A stretch of 64,000 nt of DNA from an uncultured cyanobacterium (GTDB lineage: Bacteria; Cyanobacteriota; Cyanobacteriia; PCC-9006; JAAUQQ01): assembly GCA_963718615.1 (NCBI GenBank), contig OY970368.1, positions 5,664,001 to 5,728,000 of the forward strand. Reading direction: 5' to 3'. The notes under the pieces were generated by a model. That model ran no database searches and was not told the DNA's origin. It saw nothing but the letters and a program-made list of their open reading frames with translations. The position numbers and the translations under genes are program-made. Shown here in pieces: positions 39,382-50,237 of the stretch; within the stretch, counting starts at the first letter, position 1, and each line of letters starts with the position of its first letter.

Positions 39382-40215
39382 CTAGGGCAAACGATACTGA
39401 TCCGGATTTCCTAGGGAACGAGTGTTTTCTAGGACGGTACTCAGGGCTGGATGAAGGATGCCATTGGTTGCCAGAATTCTGCCGGAGGCTAGGTCAAACG
39501 GGGCTCCATCATAGGCAGTCACCCGTCCTCCCGCCTCTTCAACTAGCACGACCCCTGCGGCCAAATCCCAGGGCGACAATCCCCGCTCCCAATATCCATC
39601 TAAGCGACCACAGGCCACAAAGGCTAGATCGAGGGCTGCGGAACCGCCCCGACGGACCCCTTGGGTGAGGTGGGTGAGGCGACAAAATTCGGCGTAGTTG
39701 TTGTCATCGCGATCGCGTCGGTCATAGGCAAATCCCGTGACTAAAAGGCTTTTATCTAAGGTTTCTGTGGTGGAAACCTGAATCGGTTGACGGTTGCGCC
39801 TTGCCCCTAGGCCGGTTGCGGCTTGGTAAAGCTCATTGAGATAGGGGGCAAAAATCGCCCCTACCGCTGGTTTTCCTTCGATCAAGAGGCCGACCGAGAC
39901 GGCGTAGAAGGGATATTGATGGGCATAGTTGGTGGTGCCATCTAAGGGGTCAATCGCCCAGAGATACTGGCTTTCGCGACCGGCGATCGAGCCTGATTCT
40001 TCTGCCAAAATGGGATGGTCTGGCACATGGCGCGCTAGCACCTTGAGGACAGCGGCTTCGGCGGCCCGATCGGCATTGGTGACGAGATCGCCCGATCGCC
40101 CTTTTTCTTCAATGGTTTCCAGATTGCCCCAAAACTGCTGGAGGACAGCCCCGGCTGACAGGGCTGCCTCTGTGGCGATATCTAAAAATATTTGCAGTTG
40201 TTGGGGATGAGTCAT
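39382..40215 (-). CDS. suhB: Inositol monophosphatase
   Basis: DLVTNAD, LAEESG, WAIDPLDGTTNYAH, GSAALDL, PWDLAAG. Confidence 0.92.
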   Translation of the reverse strand: MTHPQQLQIFLDIATEAALSAGAVLQQFWGNLETIEEKGRSGDLVTNADRAAEAAVLKVLARHVPDHPILAEESGSIAGRESQYLWAIDPLDGTTNYAHQYPFYAVSVGLLIEGKPAVGAIFAPYLNELYQAATGLGARRNRQPIQVSTTETLDKSLLVTGFAYDRRDRDDNNYAEFCRLTHLTQGVRRGGSAALDLAFVACGRLDGYWERGLSPWDLAAGVVLVEEAGGRVTAYDGAPFDLASGRILATNGILHPALSTVLENTRSLGNPDQYRLP

Positions 40216-40279
40216 AGGCCCAGATTTTACAGTACCCGCTCCCGGTGTTTTGCCAGCCACATTGCTGAATTGCAAGTCC

Positions 40280-40858
40280 CTAGAGGGTCTCACGAAATTC
40301 CGTGGGGGTTTGGCGCAGGGGATTGGCGGGATTCCAGATGCCCAAACCGCTGAGCCGAGCGGTTTCTTGGGCGCGCTTCAGCCGTTCGTCATAGCGAATA
40401 TTGGGCAAACGCGGAGCGGCCAGGGCGTAGCCCTGCGCCACTAAGGCTTGATTCAGCAAGCGATCGCCCTGCCACACATAGGCCAGCAGACGCTTGTAAC
40501 TGTCCTGCGGCTGCAAATCAAACTCTAGCTGGATTTGTCCCTCATCGACCAGGGCCTGCAATCGGTTTAGGGCCTCTTCTCCCCAGGGTTTTTGCTTGGG
40601 ATTAGGGGCATCAATACCCAACAGGCGCACGGACTGCTGACTAACCGGATCAAGGGTGGGAATGGTAACGCTGAGGGTATGGCCACTCATAACCCGTTGC
40701 ACGGTGGCATTCACCCGCTGAACGGGAGGTTGGGAGGGGCCGCAGCTACTCAAAAGCATGACCAGCAGTGGCATCAGGCCCCAGTGCAGCAGCCATCGAC
40801 TTGACCCTTGTCTGGCCCATCGACTCAGCCCTTGTCCGGTTCCCTGGCCCCTACTCAT
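40280..40858 (-). CDS. Thermonuclease (SNase) family lipoprotein
   Basis: LLSSC lipobox; VRLLGIDAP, QDSYKRLLAYVW, LVAQGYA, GLGIW. Confidence 0.88.
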   Translation of the reverse strand: MSRGQGTGQGLSRWARQGSSRWLLHWGLMPLLVMLLSSCGPSQPPVQRVNATVQRVMSGHTLSVTIPTLDPVSQQSVRLLGIDAPNPKQKPWGEEALNRLQALVDEGQIQLEFDLQPQDSYKRLLAYVWQGDRLLNQALVAQGYALAAPRLPNIRYDERLKRAQETARLSGLGIWNPANPLRQTPTEFRETL

Positions 40859-41219
40859 CGTCCAAGGGGAGCCCCATCCGCACCTTGCCGCGACCAAAGT
40901 AGCGCCCGAACTGGAGTTCATAGACTTCGTCTTCATCCTGGGTTTCCACCTCTAGGTCCGAGCGGGGATAGCTGACGCAGAGCAACGCATAGCCCTGGCG
41001 ACGCAGATGGGGTGATAGGCCCATGGCTTCGGGCTGGTAGATTTCGCCGGTTTTGATCCGAACTGCGCAGGTGGTGCAGGCTCCATTGCGGCAAGAGAAG
41101 GGTAAATCGATGCCTTGGCTCTCGGCACTGTGGAGGATGTAGCGATCTTCCGGTACTCGGACGACGTAGTCTACGCCCCGTTGGCGATCGCGAATGCGAA
41201 CCGTATGAACTGGAGTCAT
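40851..41219 (-). CDS. [2Fe-2S] ferredoxin with C-terminal extension (Fed2/FdC2-like)
   Basis: LPFSCRNGACTTC, LLCVSYP; tail EDEVYELQFGRYFGRGKV..GLPLDDE. Confidence 0.9.
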   Translation of the reverse strand: MTPVHTVRIRDRQRGVDYVVRVPEDRYILHSAESQGIDLPFSCRNGACTTCAVRIKTGEIYQPEAMGLSPHLRRQGYALLCVSYPRSDLEVETQDEDEVYELQFGRYFGRGKVRMGLPLDDE

Positions 41220-41269
41220 AACAAGCAATCTTAAAATAACGGCTAAAAACAAGTCCTAAAAAATAGGGC

Positions 41270-42136
41270 TTAAAACAACCTTAGCTGGTTAGGCGCTGCG
41301 GCGAGCTGATTCCAGGGAAGCGGGGGAACTTCGATCCCCTGGTGTTGGCCTTGCGCTGCGAGCAATGCCTGAAACTGACGGGCGGTGCTGGGCGATCGCG
41401 CCTCCACCGGGCAATGGACAAAAAAATAAACCCTGGTCCCTTGCTTGAGCCAGCGGGCCACCCGCTGCGCCCACTCGAAGGCATAGGCCGAGTTCCGCTC
41501 CGCTTCCGGATGGGTAATCCAGCGGACCAATGTCCAATCCGTTGTCAGTTGGGGCTGCAGGGGCAAGTTTGGCTTTTTGCGCTGGGATGTGGCCTGGGGA
41601 TCGTCGGGACCGTCATAAAGGGCGCGGGTATCGAGCAAAACGCGAGCCATGCCGTGGGTGTTTAGCAGTGTCTGGAGCCATTGCTGGGGTTGGGGCTTGA
41701 ACCAGTCGGGATGACGCACTTCCACCGCCAGGGCCACCACTGGCGGCCAGCCTGCGAGAAACTGGCTGAGATCCTCCCGTTGATCGGGACCATACCAGGG
41801 CGGAAGCTGCATGAATACCGGTCCTAGCCGAGGTCCCAGGGGCTGCATCAGCGTCAGAAACCCGAGGGCCGCTGGTAGCGCCGGAGCCAAGAGTCCGCCA
41901 TGGCTAATCTCGCGCGGCAGCTTGAGGCAAAACTGAAACGTTTCCGGGGTTGCCGCTGCCCAACGCTGCACCATGGCCGCTCCCGGCACGGAATAAAACG
42001 TGGTATTGCCTTCTACCGCCGTGAGGCGATCGCCATAGAGCCGCAGAAAATCGCTCGATCGGCTACCCGTGGGATAAAAATCGCCCACCCAGGGCCGATA
42101 GGCCCAAACCGCACAACCCAGAAAGAACCCAGACAT
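41270..42136 (-). CDS. DUF72 family protein
   Basis: GCAVWAY..W, VEGNTTFY, FCLKLP, QLPP, AVEVRHPDW. Confidence 0.92.
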   Translation of the reverse strand: MSGFFLGCAVWAYRPWVGDFYPTGSRSSDFLRLYGDRLTAVEGNTTFYSVPGAAMVQRWAAATPETFQFCLKLPREISHGGLLAPALPAALGFLTLMQPLGPRLGPVFMQLPPWYGPDQREDLSQFLAGWPPVVALAVEVRHPDWFKPQPQQWLQTLLNTHGMARVLLDTRALYDGPDDPQATSQRKKPNLPLQPQLTTDWTLVRWITHPEAERNSAYAFEWAQRVARWLKQGTRVYFFVHCPVEARSPSTARQFQALLAAQGQHQGIEVPPLPWNQLAAAPNQLRLF

Positions 42137-42141
42137 CACCC

Positions 42142-42390
42142 CTAGCTTCCCTTGCCGGGCGGTTCCGAGCGGAAGTAATCGGCGCTCCCCACCTGACCAA
42201 TGGCCTCGCGATCGCGGTTGATACATTCGGGTTTATTGACAAATTGGCAAACCCGAGCCCAGAGTTTGGCTCGGGTCCCAGCGGGTCCCATGGAGAAGAT
42301 GACGCGATCGCCACCGATCATGGGAATAATTTTGACCCCGCAGAGCGGGCAGACTTGTTCAGATGGTTCAGGGGACATTGGTTCAGACAT
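42142..42390 (-). CDS. Small conserved hypothetical protein
   Basis: CPLCGV..., FSMGPAGTRAKLWARVCQF..CIN; co-oriented with neighbours. Confidence 0.7.
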   Translation of the reverse strand: MSEPMSPEPSEQVCPLCGVKIIPMIGGDRVIFSMGPAGTRAKLWARVCQFVNKPECINRDREAIGQVGSADYFRSEPPGKGS

Positions 42391-42447
42391 CAGCTTTTGA
42401 ATCTCCTTATGAATCTTCAGAGGTTGACGAAATCACGACTCAATCCC

Positions 42448-44265
42448 TCACCGTTTGAGGCGATCGAGATTGAGCACCGTAACACCCAGCGTCACCAGCA
42501 GCACCCCAATCCCCTGGGGCAGCGACAACGACTCAATCGAAAAAATCACGCCACCCAAGGCCACGAGCAGCGGAGCCCAACCATTAATCACGGTGGTCCA
42601 AGCGGGTCCTAGGCGCATTAAGCTGGCTGCGTTAAAGAAATACCCCAGAAACACCGTCGCACTCAAAACCAGACAGGCTAAAACATAGCCAATATCATGG
42701 CGCGGGGTAACCTGCCGCAAAAAGAACAGGGCAGGCATGGAAAACAGCCAGGCGAGGCCAAACTGGAGCACTGTCAGGGTTAGCAGATTCAGCCGTCGGG
42801 TATGGAGGCGGCTAAACAAAACGTACAGACTGAAACACAGGGCACTGATAATGCCGGGGTTAATGCCATTACTGCTGCCGCTTTGGGCCAGCAGGACCAA
42901 TCCGCCTAGACCAATGGGAAGCAGTGCCCAGAGGCTGGAGCGCGTGAGCGATCGCCCAAACAAACTCCAGCCAAAGACCTGCACCGCCGCCGGATAGACA
43001 AACAGCAATCCCACCGCCACGCTGGCCGAGGAGTTGGCGATCGCTCCATAGAGCAAAAACTGAGAGAAAAACAACAACAGGCTGCTAAAAACGAGGGACA
43101 CCAAAGGACGGCGATCGCGACTGCGGAACAACTCCTGGATTTCTTCAAGCAGCGGCGGATAAAGACCGTGGCCAATCACCAGCATGAACGGCAACACCAT
43201 CAGCATCCGAACCCAGAACGTTAACAAGGCACTGGCCCATGTGGGATCCATCAACCCCTGTTCTGCAAATTTGAGCCAGGGCACCCCATGGAAAATCACC
43301 TGAACCGTGCAATATTGCAGCGCCAGCATACAGAGCGAGCAGGCCGCGCTGACGTAGGCCGATAGCTGGGAGGGATGGGGACGGGGCAATTGAGCCATGC
43401 GAGGCGGCACTGCCACCGCCTCGGGTAAGGCAGAAGCCGTTGAAGTCGCTTCGGGTTCGGGCTCCGAAGGCTCGAAGGCGCTGGGGAGGTCAGGGGTCTC
43501 GAACGGGTCGGGAATTTCGAAGGACTGGGGGGAAGTGGGGGAGGGAGGCGTCGGGGTGACGGGGGCAGTGGGTGGGGGGGTGAGGGGAGGGCCTGGGTGG
43601 GGTGGGCCTGGATTGGAGGGCTTTCCAAAAACAATGTCTGCGGGAAAATCATTGATGGCCAGCGTCTCCGCTGGAGCCATTTCAGGGGTTTCTTCTGGAG
43701 GACCTTCAGGGGTCTCTTCCCCAACACCTAACTCCGCCACCAAACCACGACCGGACTGTGCTCCCAGAATGCTGGCGATGGAGCTGAGGCCCGAGACGTT
43801 GCTAGTCTCAGGTGCCCCTTCAAATCCCCCATCCCACCCTTGTCGCTGGGATTGCAGCAGTTGTATCCGCTGGACGAGGGTTTCCAGCAGGACCTCGCCT
43901 TGATGTTCGAGGGCTTGCATGCGCAAGAGTTGCTGGCTGAGGTCGCTTTGGTGGCGGCTGAGGTCCTGTTGGAGGGTGGCGATCGCCGTTTTCAAAAGGC
44001 TCTCAAAGCGTTCAACCTCAGCCTGGGCAGGCGCTCTTTGATCTCGCTGGAGCTGTTCAAGCTGGTTCAATTGGGTTTGAAGCTGGTCGCGATCGCCCCT
44101 AAGCTGCTGGATCTCCGTCTGGAGCTGGAGTTTTTGCGATCGCAGCGCCGTAATTTCCCCTCGCAGATCCGTTAGTACATATTCCTTTAACCCTCCCAAT
44201 TCCTGATTGAGGGTTTGCAGCAAGGTTTCCGTCAACTTCCAATTGGGATCCGCCGGAGCAGTCAT
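42448..44265 (-). CDS. SepJ/FraG-like protein (coiled coil + Pro-rich linker + DMT/EamA permease)
   Basis: Gln/Leu coiled coil (aa ~10-140), Pro/Ser/Glu-rich linker, about 10-TM C-terminal permease. Confidence 0.75.
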   Translation of the reverse strand: MTAPADPNWKLTETLLQTLNQELGGLKEYVLTDLRGEITALRSQKLQLQTEIQQLRGDRDQLQTQLNQLEQLQRDQRAPAQAEVERFESLLKTAIATLQQDLSRHQSDLSQQLLRMQALEHQGEVLLETLVQRIQLLQSQRQGWDGGFEGAPETSNVSGLSSIASILGAQSGRGLVAELGVGEETPEGPPEETPEMAPAETLAINDFPADIVFGKPSNPGPPHPGPPLTPPPTAPVTPTPPSPTSPQSFEIPDPFETPDLPSAFEPSEPEPEATSTASALPEAVAVPPRMAQLPRPHPSQLSAYVSAACSLCMLALQYCTVQVIFHGVPWLKFAEQGLMDPTWASALLTFWVRMLMVLPFMLVIGHGLYPPLLEEIQELFRSRDRRPLVSLVFSSLLLFFSQFLLYGAIANSSASVAVGLLFVYPAAVQVFGWSLFGRSLTRSSLWALLPIGLGGLVLLAQSGSSNGINPGIISALCFSLYVLFSRLHTRRLNLLTLTVLQFGLAWLFSMPALFFLRQVTPRHDIGYVLACLVLSATVFLGYFFNAASLMRLGPAWTTVINGWAPLLVALGGVIFSIESLSLPQGIGVLLVTLGVTVLNLDRLKR

Positions 44266-44277
44266 TAGCTCAGGCTC

Positions 44278-45234
44278 CTAGAGTGAGGTGCTCGGCTGGG
44301 AATTGAGCGACACACTATCGGGCAGGGTGTGGCGCTGAGGTAGACCATTCCCATTGCTAGGGACCTGTGACAAGCTAGGCAGATGGTGCATCCGCACGAG
44401 CTGCGTCAACGTCTTTTTCATCTGGGTACGCGGCACGATCAGGTCCACAAAGCCATGCTGGAGCAAATATTCTGCTGTTTGGAAATCGTCCGGCAGTTTC
44501 TCCCGCAGCGTCTGCTCAATCACCCGCCGCCCCGCAAAGGCAATCATCGCCTTGGGCTCCGCCACGATCAGATCTCCGAGCATGGCAAAGCTCGCCGTTA
44601 CCCCGCCCGTGGTGGGGTGGGTCAACACAGGAATATAGAGTAGCCTTGCCTCTCGGTGTCGTTCCAAGGCTCCCGAGATTTTGGCCATTTGCATGAGGCT
44701 GAGCATGCCTTCCTGCATCCGGGCTCCCCCCGACGCACAAACCACAATCACGGGCAATTGCTCGGCGGTGGCTTGTTCAATCAAGCGGGTGAGTTTTTCG
44801 CCAACCACGGAGCCCATGCTGCCCCCCATAAAGCGAAAGTCCATCACCGCCAGGGCAACGGGTTCACCGTCCATTTGGCCCAGCCCCGTTTGGATGGAAT
44901 CGGTAAGTCCTGTTTTGGATTGGGTATCACGGAGGCGATCGGCGTAGGCTTTGCGATCACGAAACTCCAGCGGATCCACCGGCTTCACCTGGGCATTGAT
45001 CGCCCCCCAGGTGCCCGCATCAATCAGTTGCTCAATCCGCTCGTCGCTAAAAATACGGATGTGGTGGCTGCATTCCAAGCAAACCATCTGATTAGCGCGC
45101 AAATCCTTGGTATAGGTCAGCACCCCACAGGCTTCGCATTTGGTCCATAATCCATCGGAGATATCTCGTTCCGGTTGGACTTGTTGGGTGGGTTCTGCCT
45201 TGCGGCGATTTGCGAACCAATCTAATAGAGACAT
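44278..45234 (-). CDS. accD: Acetyl-CoA carboxylase carboxyltransferase beta subunit
   Basis: [45 protein letters not shown]. Confidence 0.97.
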   Translation of the reverse strand: MSLLDWFANRRKAEPTQQVQPERDISDGLWTKCEACGVLTYTKDLRANQMVCLECSHHIRIFSDERIEQLIDAGTWGAINAQVKPVDPLEFRDRKAYADRLRDTQSKTGLTDSIQTGLGQMDGEPVALAVMDFRFMGGSMGSVVGEKLTRLIEQATAEQLPVIVVCASGGARMQEGMLSLMQMAKISGALERHREARLLYIPVLTHPTTGGVTASFAMLGDLIVAEPKAMIAFAGRRVIEQTLREKLPDDFQTAEYLLQHGFVDLIVPRTQMKKTLTQLVRMHHLPSLSQVPSNGNGLPQRHTLPDSVSLNSQPSTSL

Positions 45235-45402
45235 TGCAACGCCTCCCTGGCCTGCGTTTAGGAAGTAAAGAATAAGGGGTCCTAGGGGATTGACCCTAAA
45301 CCCGAATTCATCCTACCAGTTTGGCGGAAGGGGCTTGAGGTTCAGTCGCGCTTGTCCTCTAAAACTTCTTGTTTACGTTCGTCTTAAAAAATTTTCAAAA
45401 CC

Positions 45403-46251
45403 TCAACCTGGGGAAGCGCTGGGAAAGAAAAAACTGAGATAAAGCTGGATCAAACTCGGTCCCCACAGCGCGCTCACCGTAGCACCCAGAGCCAAAAAGG
45501 GACCAAAAGGGATTTGCTGTTTGCGATGGAGCAGGCCCAAGGCCATGCCACCAATACCCACCAGAGAACCGGCTAAACAAGCCAGAAATCCACCCAGAAG
45601 CAATAGTTTCCAACCCAGCCAAGCCCCCATCATCGCCGCCAACTTGGCATCTCCACCGCCCATGGCCGTTTGCCCCAAGGCTGCGGAGCCAAACCAATTA
45701 ATCAAGGTCAAGAGCCAAATTCCGAGCACCGCTGCTCCGATCCCCCGCATTAGCCCTAAGGCCCAATTTCCCTGCAACGCGCCCAACCCAGTCTGAAAAA
45801 TCAATCCCAAAACTAAACCGGATTGGGTCAAGGAATTGGGAAGGGTCAAGGTGTCGAGGTCAATCAAGGAGAGCGCCAGCAGCCAGCTAACCAGCAGCCA
45901 GTAGCCCAGTGTCATCCAGGAAAAACCCGTAACCGCAAACACTAAAACGAACAGCAAGCCCGTGCTCAGCTCTACCAGGGGATAGCGAATCGAAATTGAG
46001 GCGCGACAATGGGCACAACGTCCTTTAAGTCGCAACCAGCCTAAAACTGGAATGTTTTCAGTGGGACCAAGCCGATGCTCGCAACGGGGACAGCGAGAGG
46101 GGGGATGGATGAGGGAAAGTCCCTCGGGCAGTCGATAGACAACTACATTGAGAAAGCTGCCGATGGCTGCACCCAATATCAATACAAGCAGCAAGGGGAG
46201 AGAGGCGATCGCCCGATACCCCCAAATTTGCACCAGAGTGATCAAATCCAT
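45403..46251 (-). CDS. pilD: Type IV prepilin peptidase
   Basis: GSFLNVVVYRLP, SRCPRC, GRCAHC, IDLD, MGGGDAKL, IPFGPFLA. Confidence 0.94.
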   Translation of the reverse strand: MDLITLVQIWGYRAIASLPLLLVLILGAAIGSFLNVVVYRLPEGLSLIHPPSRCPRCEHRLGPTENIPVLGWLRLKGRCAHCRASISIRYPLVELSTGLLFVLVFAVTGFSWMTLGYWLLVSWLLALSLIDLDTLTLPNSLTQSGLVLGLIFQTGLGALQGNWALGLMRGIGAAVLGIWLLTLINWFGSAALGQTAMGGGDAKLAAMMGAWLGWKLLLLGGFLACLAGSLVGIGGMALGLLHRKQQIPFGPFLALGATVSALWGPSLIQLYLSFFFPSASPG

Positions 46252-46298
46252 GAGCCTTGGTCCTTCACTGCTTGACCCATCAGCGTTTTCGTCAGAGT

Positions 46299-46577
46299 TT
46301 AGTACAGCTCAGACTGAATTTGCTCAAACGGAATAAAGCATTCTTGGGGCAACAAAATCGGCTTGCGACCAAAGATCAGCTTGCCGCGATGGTTATAACG
46401 ATTCAAGGCGACCCCCATGGGACGCTGAGTTACGTCGGGATGAGCCTCATAGAAGGAGCGATAAATCTGTCTCGCGGCTCGCAGAAGGGCAGGGTCCAAA
46501 AGATTGGGAACTCCTCTGTAGCTGGCGGCTGACTGCTCGAAGTTTTCCATGGTCAGGGGCGGTGCTGCGTATACCAC
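46299..46577 (-). CDS. Conserved cyanobacterial hypothetical protein
   Basis: AARQIYRSF..RPMGVAL...GKLIF..KPILLPQECF. Confidence 0.7.
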   Translation of the reverse strand: MVYAAPPLTMENFEQSAASYRGVPNLLDPALLRAARQIYRSFYEAHPDVTQRPMGVALNRYNHRGKLIFGRKPILLPQECFIPFEQIQSELY

Positions 46578-47055
46578 GAATTTAAACCCTCGTCCTGTAA
46601 TTCGCCTTAAACCGGAAATCTCAGCCCTAGAGCCCTAGGGCATATCCCGGTTGTGAACGATAGCCTATCATTTCCTCCTAGAAAGGTAATACTCGGTAAT
46701 CACTGACTTCTAGAACCCTTAATTTCCAAGAGTTTGAAGAGAATTCAGGGATCTTGCGATGGCCCCTACCCCTGCAAGGGGGTGGCAGGTCATTTTTGCC
46801 GATGGTCATCCCCCCACAATTGAGGGGTGGATATGCCAATTCTTAGGTTGATTTGATTATAGTACTTACGCATTAATTTTATCCAGACTCCAGACTCAAA
46901 CCCGGTTGGCGGCTCTAGGTCTTACCCTACCGGATCGAGAGGGAGGGTCTGAGAAATGGCCTAGTTTATTCTACGGAGATATTAAAATTTTGATTTTTCC
47001 GGTAGAAATTTCCGGACAAGCCATGGGCATGATCGGGTCGAGAACCGCTGGATGG

Positions 47056-47085
47056 GTCGGGACAAGAGATTGTCTTGCCCCAACG
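47056..47085. repeat. REP-like hairpin downstream of leuB
   Basis: GTCGGGACAAGAGATTGTCTTGCCCCAAC imperfect palindrome. Confidence 0.5.
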
Positions 47086-47099
47086 CGAAATGGCCTTTC

Positions 47100-48185
47100 C
47101 TAGTTTTTCAAAGCTGCTAACAGAGCTTCGCCCATGGCCTTGCAGCCCACGGACTGCATGCCTTCTGACATCAGATCGCCTGTGCGGTAGCCTGCGTCTA
47201 GAACTTGCATGACCGCCTGTTCAATTTGGGTCGCCGCTGCCGGTTGATTGAGGCCATAGCGCAGCATCATGGCAGTGCTGAGCACCTGGGCTAGGGGGTT
47301 GGCTTTGTCCTGTCCGGCAATGTCGGGGGCGGAGCCATGGACCGGCTCAAATAGGCCAGGACCGTTGGAACCAAGGCTGGCGGAGGGCAACATGCCGATG
47401 CTGCCGGTGAGCATGGCGGCGATATCCGAGAGAATGTCGCCAAACAAATTGCCGGTGACGATGGTGTCGAATTGTTTGGGGGCGCGGACGAGCTGCATGG
47501 CGGCATTATCAACGTAGAGGTGGCTGAGTTCCACGTCGGGGTATTCGGGGGCGAGGGCGGTGATGCGATCGCGCCACAACTGCGACACTTCCAGCACATT
47601 AGCCTTATCGACGGAACACAGTTTTTTGCCCCGCTTCTGAGCGGTCTCAAAGGCCACGCGACCAATGCGATCGATTTCCGAGACCTTATAGGCCATCGTA
47701 TTCACCCCGCGCTGCTCCCCAGATTCCGTCGCAAACACGCCCTTGGGTTCCCCAAAGTAAATGCCGCCGGTCAGCTCCCGTACCACCATCAGATCTACGC
47801 CTTCCACCACGTCGCGCTTGAGACTAGAGGCATCGACAAGCTGGGGTAAAATCGTTGCAGGGCGCAGATTCGCAAAGAGTTCGAGGCCCGCCCGTAGGCC
47901 CAAGAGGCCGGTCTCGGGGCGTTGGCTACGGGGCAAGTTATCCCACTTGTATCCGCCGATGGCTGCCAGCAACACCGCGTCACTGGCACGGCAGGTCGAG
48001 AGCGTTTCCTCCGGCAAGGGTGACCCTGTGGCATCGATCGCCGCCCCGCCCAACAGCGCCTCGGTAAATTCAAAGGCGAGGTCATGCTGTTGACCCACGA
48101 GGTTCAGGACATCAACAGCCACGGCCATAATTTCGGGGCCAATGCCGTCGCCGGGGAGGAGGGTAATGCGATAGGTCTGGGACAT
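47100..48185 (-). CDS. leuB: 3-isopropylmalate dehydrogenase
   Basis: [48 protein letters not shown]. Confidence 0.97.
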   Translation of the reverse strand: MSQTYRITLLPGDGIGPEIMAVAVDVLNLVGQQHDLAFEFTEALLGGAAIDATGSPLPEETLSTCRASDAVLLAAIGGYKWDNLPRSQRPETGLLGLRAGLELFANLRPATILPQLVDASSLKRDVVEGVDLMVVRELTGGIYFGEPKGVFATESGEQRGVNTMAYKVSEIDRIGRVAFETAQKRGKKLCSVDKANVLEVSQLWRDRITALAPEYPDVELSHLYVDNAAMQLVRAPKQFDTIVTGNLFGDILSDIAAMLTGSIGMLPSASLGSNGPGLFEPVHGSAPDIAGQDKANPLAQVLSTAMMLRYGLNQPAAATQIEQAVMQVLDAGYRTGDLMSEGMQSVGCKAMGEALLAALKN

Positions 48186-48282
48186 GGTTTGTTTTTGCGT
48201 AAATCAGGCATTGACCAGGATACGCAGAAACGTGGTTCAAGGAAATGGCGCGGATAGAGCCCAATCCTCCTGTCGGAGGAAT

Positions 48283-48855
48283 CTAAGCCTGGAGCGGCAG
48301 CATTGCTTCAACGTTGAACTCGCAGTCAGGAAAGGCGAGCGGTGCGAGGGCTTCGAGCGGTTCCAAAATCAAATGTTGCTGATAACTCTGCTCCGTGGGT
48401 TGACGAAAAACGTGGAGCTGACGCTGGTTCACATCCAGCACCCAGTAATCGGCAATGCCGGAGCGGGCATAGGCCAGTGCTTTCTCGCCAGTGTCGTATT
48501 TAAAGGTTCGATCTGACACTTCCACCAACAAAAATACATCCTCCGGTCGAGGATGATGCTCAATATAATCCAGAGGGTCGGGTACGACGACGGCAATGTC
48601 TGGCTCGGGTTCCGAGTAATCGTTGAGCTGCACTGGGTCTTGGATCCTGACTTGTGCGCGATCGCCACCAAGACGCTGGTCAAAGAGGCGGCGGGTTCTT
48701 TGGGTTCCAGCGCTATGAGCGGTTCCTTTTGCTGCCATGCGTCGCAGTTGTCCATCTAACAGTTCGATCCGTTCATCGGGCTGAAAAATTCCGGCCTCCG
48801 CCATGCGGTGGTAGTCATCAACGCTCAGGGGACGCAGGGCAACGGTGGCGACCAT
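48283..48855 (-). CDS. Uma2 family endonuclease-fold protein
   Basis: SVDDYHRMAEAG, RIELLDG, SEPEPDIAVV, VEVSD, YARSGIADYWVLD. Confidence 0.93.
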   Translation of the reverse strand: MVATVALRPLSVDDYHRMAEAGIFQPDERIELLDGQLRRMAAKGTAHSAGTQRTRRLFDQRLGGDRAQVRIQDPVQLNDYSEPEPDIAVVVPDPLDYIEHHPRPEDVFLLVEVSDRTFKYDTGEKALAYARSGIADYWVLDVNQRQLHVFRQPTEQSYQQHLILEPLEALAPLAFPDCEFNVEAMLPLQA

Positions 48856-48957
48856 AGCAATTTGGGGTTCAAGAATTTTTGTCGAAGGTTGGACGATGGG
48901 GGTCTGGGTTCAGTTTAGCGCTTTGCCTCTGGCCTCATCCAGATTGGATAGAAAATC

Positions 48958-48980
48958 GGGGTTTAGCATTGCTAAACCCC
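48958..48980. repeat. Perfect palindrome GGGGTTTAGCA-T-TGCTAAACCCC (REP-like, possible petL terminator)
   Basis: 11-bp arms, about 40 nt downstream of the petL stop. Confidence 0.7.
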
Positions 48981-49017
48981 TTGTCGGTGGCGATCGCCCC
49001 AGATCCAAGCCTGCTGC

Positions 49018-49110
49018 CTAGATCAGCTTTACCGCCCGCAAACCAAACAACAGACCCACTGCTGTCGTAAATGCTGCACCCAAAACCACAAAATATAGAA
49101 CAACGCCCAT
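49018..49110 (-). CDS. petL: Cytochrome b6f subunit PetL (30 aa; not in ORF track)
   Basis: Translated by hand: MGVVLYFVVLGAAFTTAVGLLFGLRAVKLI*; single TM with the typical ..KLI C-terminus. Confidence 0.85.
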   Translation of the reverse strand: MGVVLYFVVLGAAFTTAVGLLFGLRAVKLI

Positions 49111-49390
49111 GGTGTTTTCCTTAGCTGTTTTAAAGTTGCTGCATCTATTGAAGCATAATAGCGGTGCCGCCTAGAAGGTCCCCCATCGGAGTGGATCCCT
49201 TAAAAAATCATAAAAGCTTCCGCTATTGAGTTGCTGCAACATCTTCTTGGCCCAGTTATGGAACAGTGGCCCATGGAGGAACTCGCCTGAGAAGAGCGGT
49301 TTACACTGGGTGCCTGCGGCGATGGGCTAGCATGGGATTTATAAATCTCGGACCCGGTGATGGTTGCTGAGTTTGCTGGATATCTAGACT

Positions 49391-49861
49391 TTGACTTTGT
49401 TGGTGGCGATCGCCGTTATGAGGAGGGGCGATCGCTTTATAATTCTACAGCCTGTGATTGGGCTGTTGAGGCGTTTGGCTTTGGGGGAGAGGCCGGAACA
49501 TGTGCTGTTGGCGGGGCGTCCGGGTTCGGGGAAGTCTACGACGTTGCAACGATTGTTGTTGGAGTTGGTGGAGGCTGCGCGGGCGGATGAGTCGCAGCCG
49601 ATTCCGGTTTTGGTGCAGTTGAAGGGGAGTTCTCCCATTCTGGAAGCGATCGCCAATGAGCTTGAAAAAGGCGACCTTGAATTCGATCCGAAAGAAATCA
49701 AGCGCTTATTGCGTCATAAACGGCTAATCCTGCTGCTGGATGGTGTTAATGAAATTCCAAATGATCTGCTAAGGAGGGGACTACAAGAATTCAGAAACCA
49801 CTATTCTGATATTTCGATAATTCATCAACTAAATTTCTCACTCTTTCCACTACAACTATGA
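49391..49861 (+). pseudogene. NACHT NTPase fragment
   Basis: Walker A GRPGSGKST, IPVLVQL and Walker B LILLLDGVNE, but only about 150 aa with both ends missing. Confidence 0.75.
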
Positions 49862-50237
49862 AAGCGATCGAAACCACCGCCACCCTCACCGAAACCGGAC
49901 AGCTCACCCTTGACCAACCCCTGACCCTGCCTCAACACAGCCGCGTCCGCATCATCGTCCTCATCCCTGAAGACGAACCGCAACCATTAGAAAATAGCAA
50001 GGGCGAACTCGAAGAAGACCCCAACAGCACCCCCCCACCGAAGACATAATCAAAGGCATCCAACAAGGCTTCCAGGAAGCACTCAGCGGTCAAACGATTT
50101 CCCTGTCAGAACTTTGGGAGGGCATTGATGCAGAAAGTGTTTATTCCAAATCCGATCGCGCAGATGTCAGCAACAAAGTCATTAAAGATGCGATCGCCCA
50201 ATACGAACGTCAGCAACAAACCGACAATGAACCATGA
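49858..50237 (+). pseudogene. RelN-like antitoxin, frameshifted in a C7 tract and fused to unrelated 3' sequence
   Basis: MKAIETTATLTETGQLTLDQPL..RVRIIVL then, in another frame, EDIIKGIQQGFQEALSGQTISLSELWEGIDAE. Confidence 0.7.
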
